From Lachnospiraceae bacterium (lineage in GTDB: Bacteria > Bacillota > Clostridia > Lachnospirales > Lachnospiraceae), in the NCBI GenBank assembly GCA_016281085.1, contig JAEEHY010000290.1:1-41464 (forward strand): a DNA stretch of 41,464 nucleotides. Reading direction: 5' to 3'. Positions 40,313-41,464 of the stretch are shown here, piece after piece (positions within the stretch are counted from its first letter, which is position 1; every line of letters starts with the position of its first letter). The position numbers and the translations under genes were made by a program. The notes under the pieces are model-generated. The model searched no databases. It was not told the DNA's origin and saw only the letters and a list, made by a program, of their open reading frames with translations.

Positions 40313-40343
40313 AGAAACCCCGGTTCAACGAACCGGGGTTTCT
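40313..40343. terminator. Perfect 14-bp hairpin between convergent prmA and the glycyl-radical ORF
   Basis: agaaaccccggttc-aac-gaaccggggtttct. The minus-strand side is followed by TTTTCTAC; the plus-strand side has a weaker T-tract. Confidence 0.8.
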
Positions 40344-40368
40344 TATTCAATAATGATCCTACAGCCTG

Positions 40369-40617
40369 TTAGATAGCCTCATGGAATGTTCTTGAGATAA
40401 CATCTGCCTGCTGCTCGGGTGTTAACTTGATGAAGTTAACTGCATAACCCGATACACGGATAGTAAGCTGAGGATAGTTCTCCGGATGCTTCTGTGCATC
40501 AATAAGAGTATCTCTGTTTAATACGTTAACATTTAAATGATGTCCACCCTTTGTAGCATAACCGTCAAGTAATGATACAAGGTTATCGATCTGCTGCTGA
40601 TTAGCTTCTGCTGCCAT
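40369..40617 (-). CDS. Stand-alone glycyl-radical domain protein (GrcA/YfiD-like), equivalent to the PflB C-terminus
   Basis: 82 aa with AAAGGAGGA 7 nt before the ATG. ...[63 protein letters not shown] matches the C-terminal radical domain of pyruvate formate-lyase, including the RVSGYAV glycine loop. Confidence 0.9.
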   Translation of the reverse strand: MAAEANQQQIDNLVSLLDGYATKGGHHLNVNVLNRDTLIDAQKHPENYPQLTIRVSGYAVNFIKLTPEQQADVISRTFHEAI

Positions 40618-40643
40618 ATTTTTTTCCTCCTTTAAATTTTTAA

Positions 40644-40862
40644 TTAAGTGTAGTCATCCAGTCCCTGGTGCAGCGTGGGTACGCTGCATGCCAAAGGGGT
40701 TCTGGAACAGTCGGTGCATCCCATGGTCTCAACGTTAACCGCTTTTTCCACTTTATCATCGGTATCAACATTGATATGTCCGACACCCTTGCCGACTGAA
40801 CCGTCTAAGAATGCTACTAAATCGTCAATGTTTTTATTAGTGTTATCATCCATGTGATCCAC
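40644..40862 (-). CDS. 72-aa Cys-containing protein whose N-terminal part is paralogous to the start of the PFL radical domain but which lacks the glycine loop
   Basis: AAAGGAGGTG lies 6 nt before the [26 protein letters not shown] aligns with [23 protein letters not shown] of the next ORF. The tail reads [26 protein letters not shown]. Confidence 0.6.
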   Translation of the reverse strand: MDHMDDNTNKNIDDLVAFLDGSVGKGVGHINVDTDDKVEKAVNVETMGCTDCSRTPLACSVPTLHQGLDDYT

Positions 40863-40882
40863 CTCCTTTATTTCTGTTTAAC

Positions 40883-41464
40883 TTACTTGTTAAGATCAAG
40901 CTCGATATCGCCTGCGAATACCTTATCTTCCTTACCGAGAGCTCCGGGGATGATGGTGAAGGTATTTGAGATACCATCCTGTGCATCCTTGAAAGGAAGC
41001 TTTGATACTGATGCAAGTGAAGCAACAGCACCGTGGGTATCACGGCCGTGCATCGGGTTGGCACCGGGTGCGAAAGGCTGTCCTGCACGACGTCCGTCAG
41101 GTGTGTTACCTGTTGCCTTACCGTAGGTTACGTTAGAAGTAATGGTAAGGATCGAAGTTGTGGGAACACCGTTCCTGTAAGTATGATGACGTCTGATAGC
41201 TGTCATGAACTTATGAACGATCTCCTGAGCGATGCTGTCAACACGGTCATCATCATTACCGTACTTAGGGAACTCGCCTGTTGTCTTGAAGTCTGTGATA
41301 AGTCCGTCTTCATCCCTGATAACCTCAACCTTTGCATACTTGATAGCTGAAAGTGAGTCGGCAACGATCGAAAGACCTGCGATACCTGTTGCGAAATATC
41401 TCTTAACGTCTCTGTCATGAAGAGCCATCTCTGCTCTCTCATAGCAGTACTTGTCATGCATGTA
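40883..41464 (-). CDS. pflB: Pyruvate formate-lyase (formate C-acetyltransferase) catalytic body. The 5' end lies outside the window, and the ORF stops before the radical domain.
   Basis: The frame is open to the window edge. ...[18 protein letters not shown]...SAIKYAKV...[37 protein letters not shown]...[17 protein letters not shown] is collinear with E. coli PflB. It then ends [15 protein letters not shown]. Confidence 0.9.
   Translation of the reverse strand, partial: YMHDKYCYERAEMALHDRDVKRYFATGIAGLSIVADSLSAIKYAKVEVIRDEDGLITDFKTTGEFPKYGNDDDRVDSIAQEIVHKFMTAIRRHHTYRNGVPTTSILTITSNVTYGKATGNTPDGRRAGQPFAPGANPMHGRDTHGAVASLASVSKLPFKDAQDGISNTFTIIPGALGKEDKVFAGDIELDLNK

Noticed and set aside
40618-40882. 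Considered a group I intron, an intein or a simple frameshift as the explanation for the interrupted pfl gene
   Set aside because: The spacers are only about 20-26 nt. Each downstream piece begins with ATG preceded by a consensus AAAGGAGG RBS. The intervening segment is a clean 72-codon ORF, and no intein block motifs are present. A sequencing error at the single stop codon cannot be excluded without reads.

Overview
This 41.5-kb window looks like chromosomal DNA from a Gram-positive anaerobe. I judge it Clostridia/Lachnospiraceae-like from its AGGAGG-type ribosome-binding sites (RBS), a CIRCE-controlled hrcA-grpE-dnaK-dnaJ operon, and its protein sequences. I saw no rRNA, tRNA, CRISPR array, transposase or integrase.

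Most genes are housekeeping: eno, cobT, mutS2, an OmpR-type two-component pair, trmL, an HtrA-like protein, yhaM, rlmD, the heat-shock operon and prmA. The accessory content is:
- a sugar isomerase, a 2-hydroxyacid dehydrogenase and an aminotransferase;
- two tandem COG0523 (CobW-like) GTPases, one with a long His-rich tract;
- a VOC-fold protein and a solitary ECF S-component;
- an orphan 355-aa protein;
- an MMPL transporter whose last codons overlap the start of a 1257-aa GLUG-repeat surface protein;
- a GDP-heptose-type nucleotide-sugar cassette (kinase, fused guanylyltransferase-phosphatase, isomerase) with its own transaldolase;
- a Lys/Ala-repeat basic protein behind a consensus promoter;
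- DUF3048 and manC genes inserted between dnaJ and prmA.

The most unusual locus is at the right edge. A pyruvate formate-lyase gene stops exactly before its glycyl-radical domain. Two small, separately translated ORFs follow it. The first is a 72-aa Cys-containing partial paralog of the radical domain that lacks the glycine loop. The second is an 82-aa GrcA-like module that carries RVSGYAV.

All family calls come from motif recognition by eye. No database search was run.
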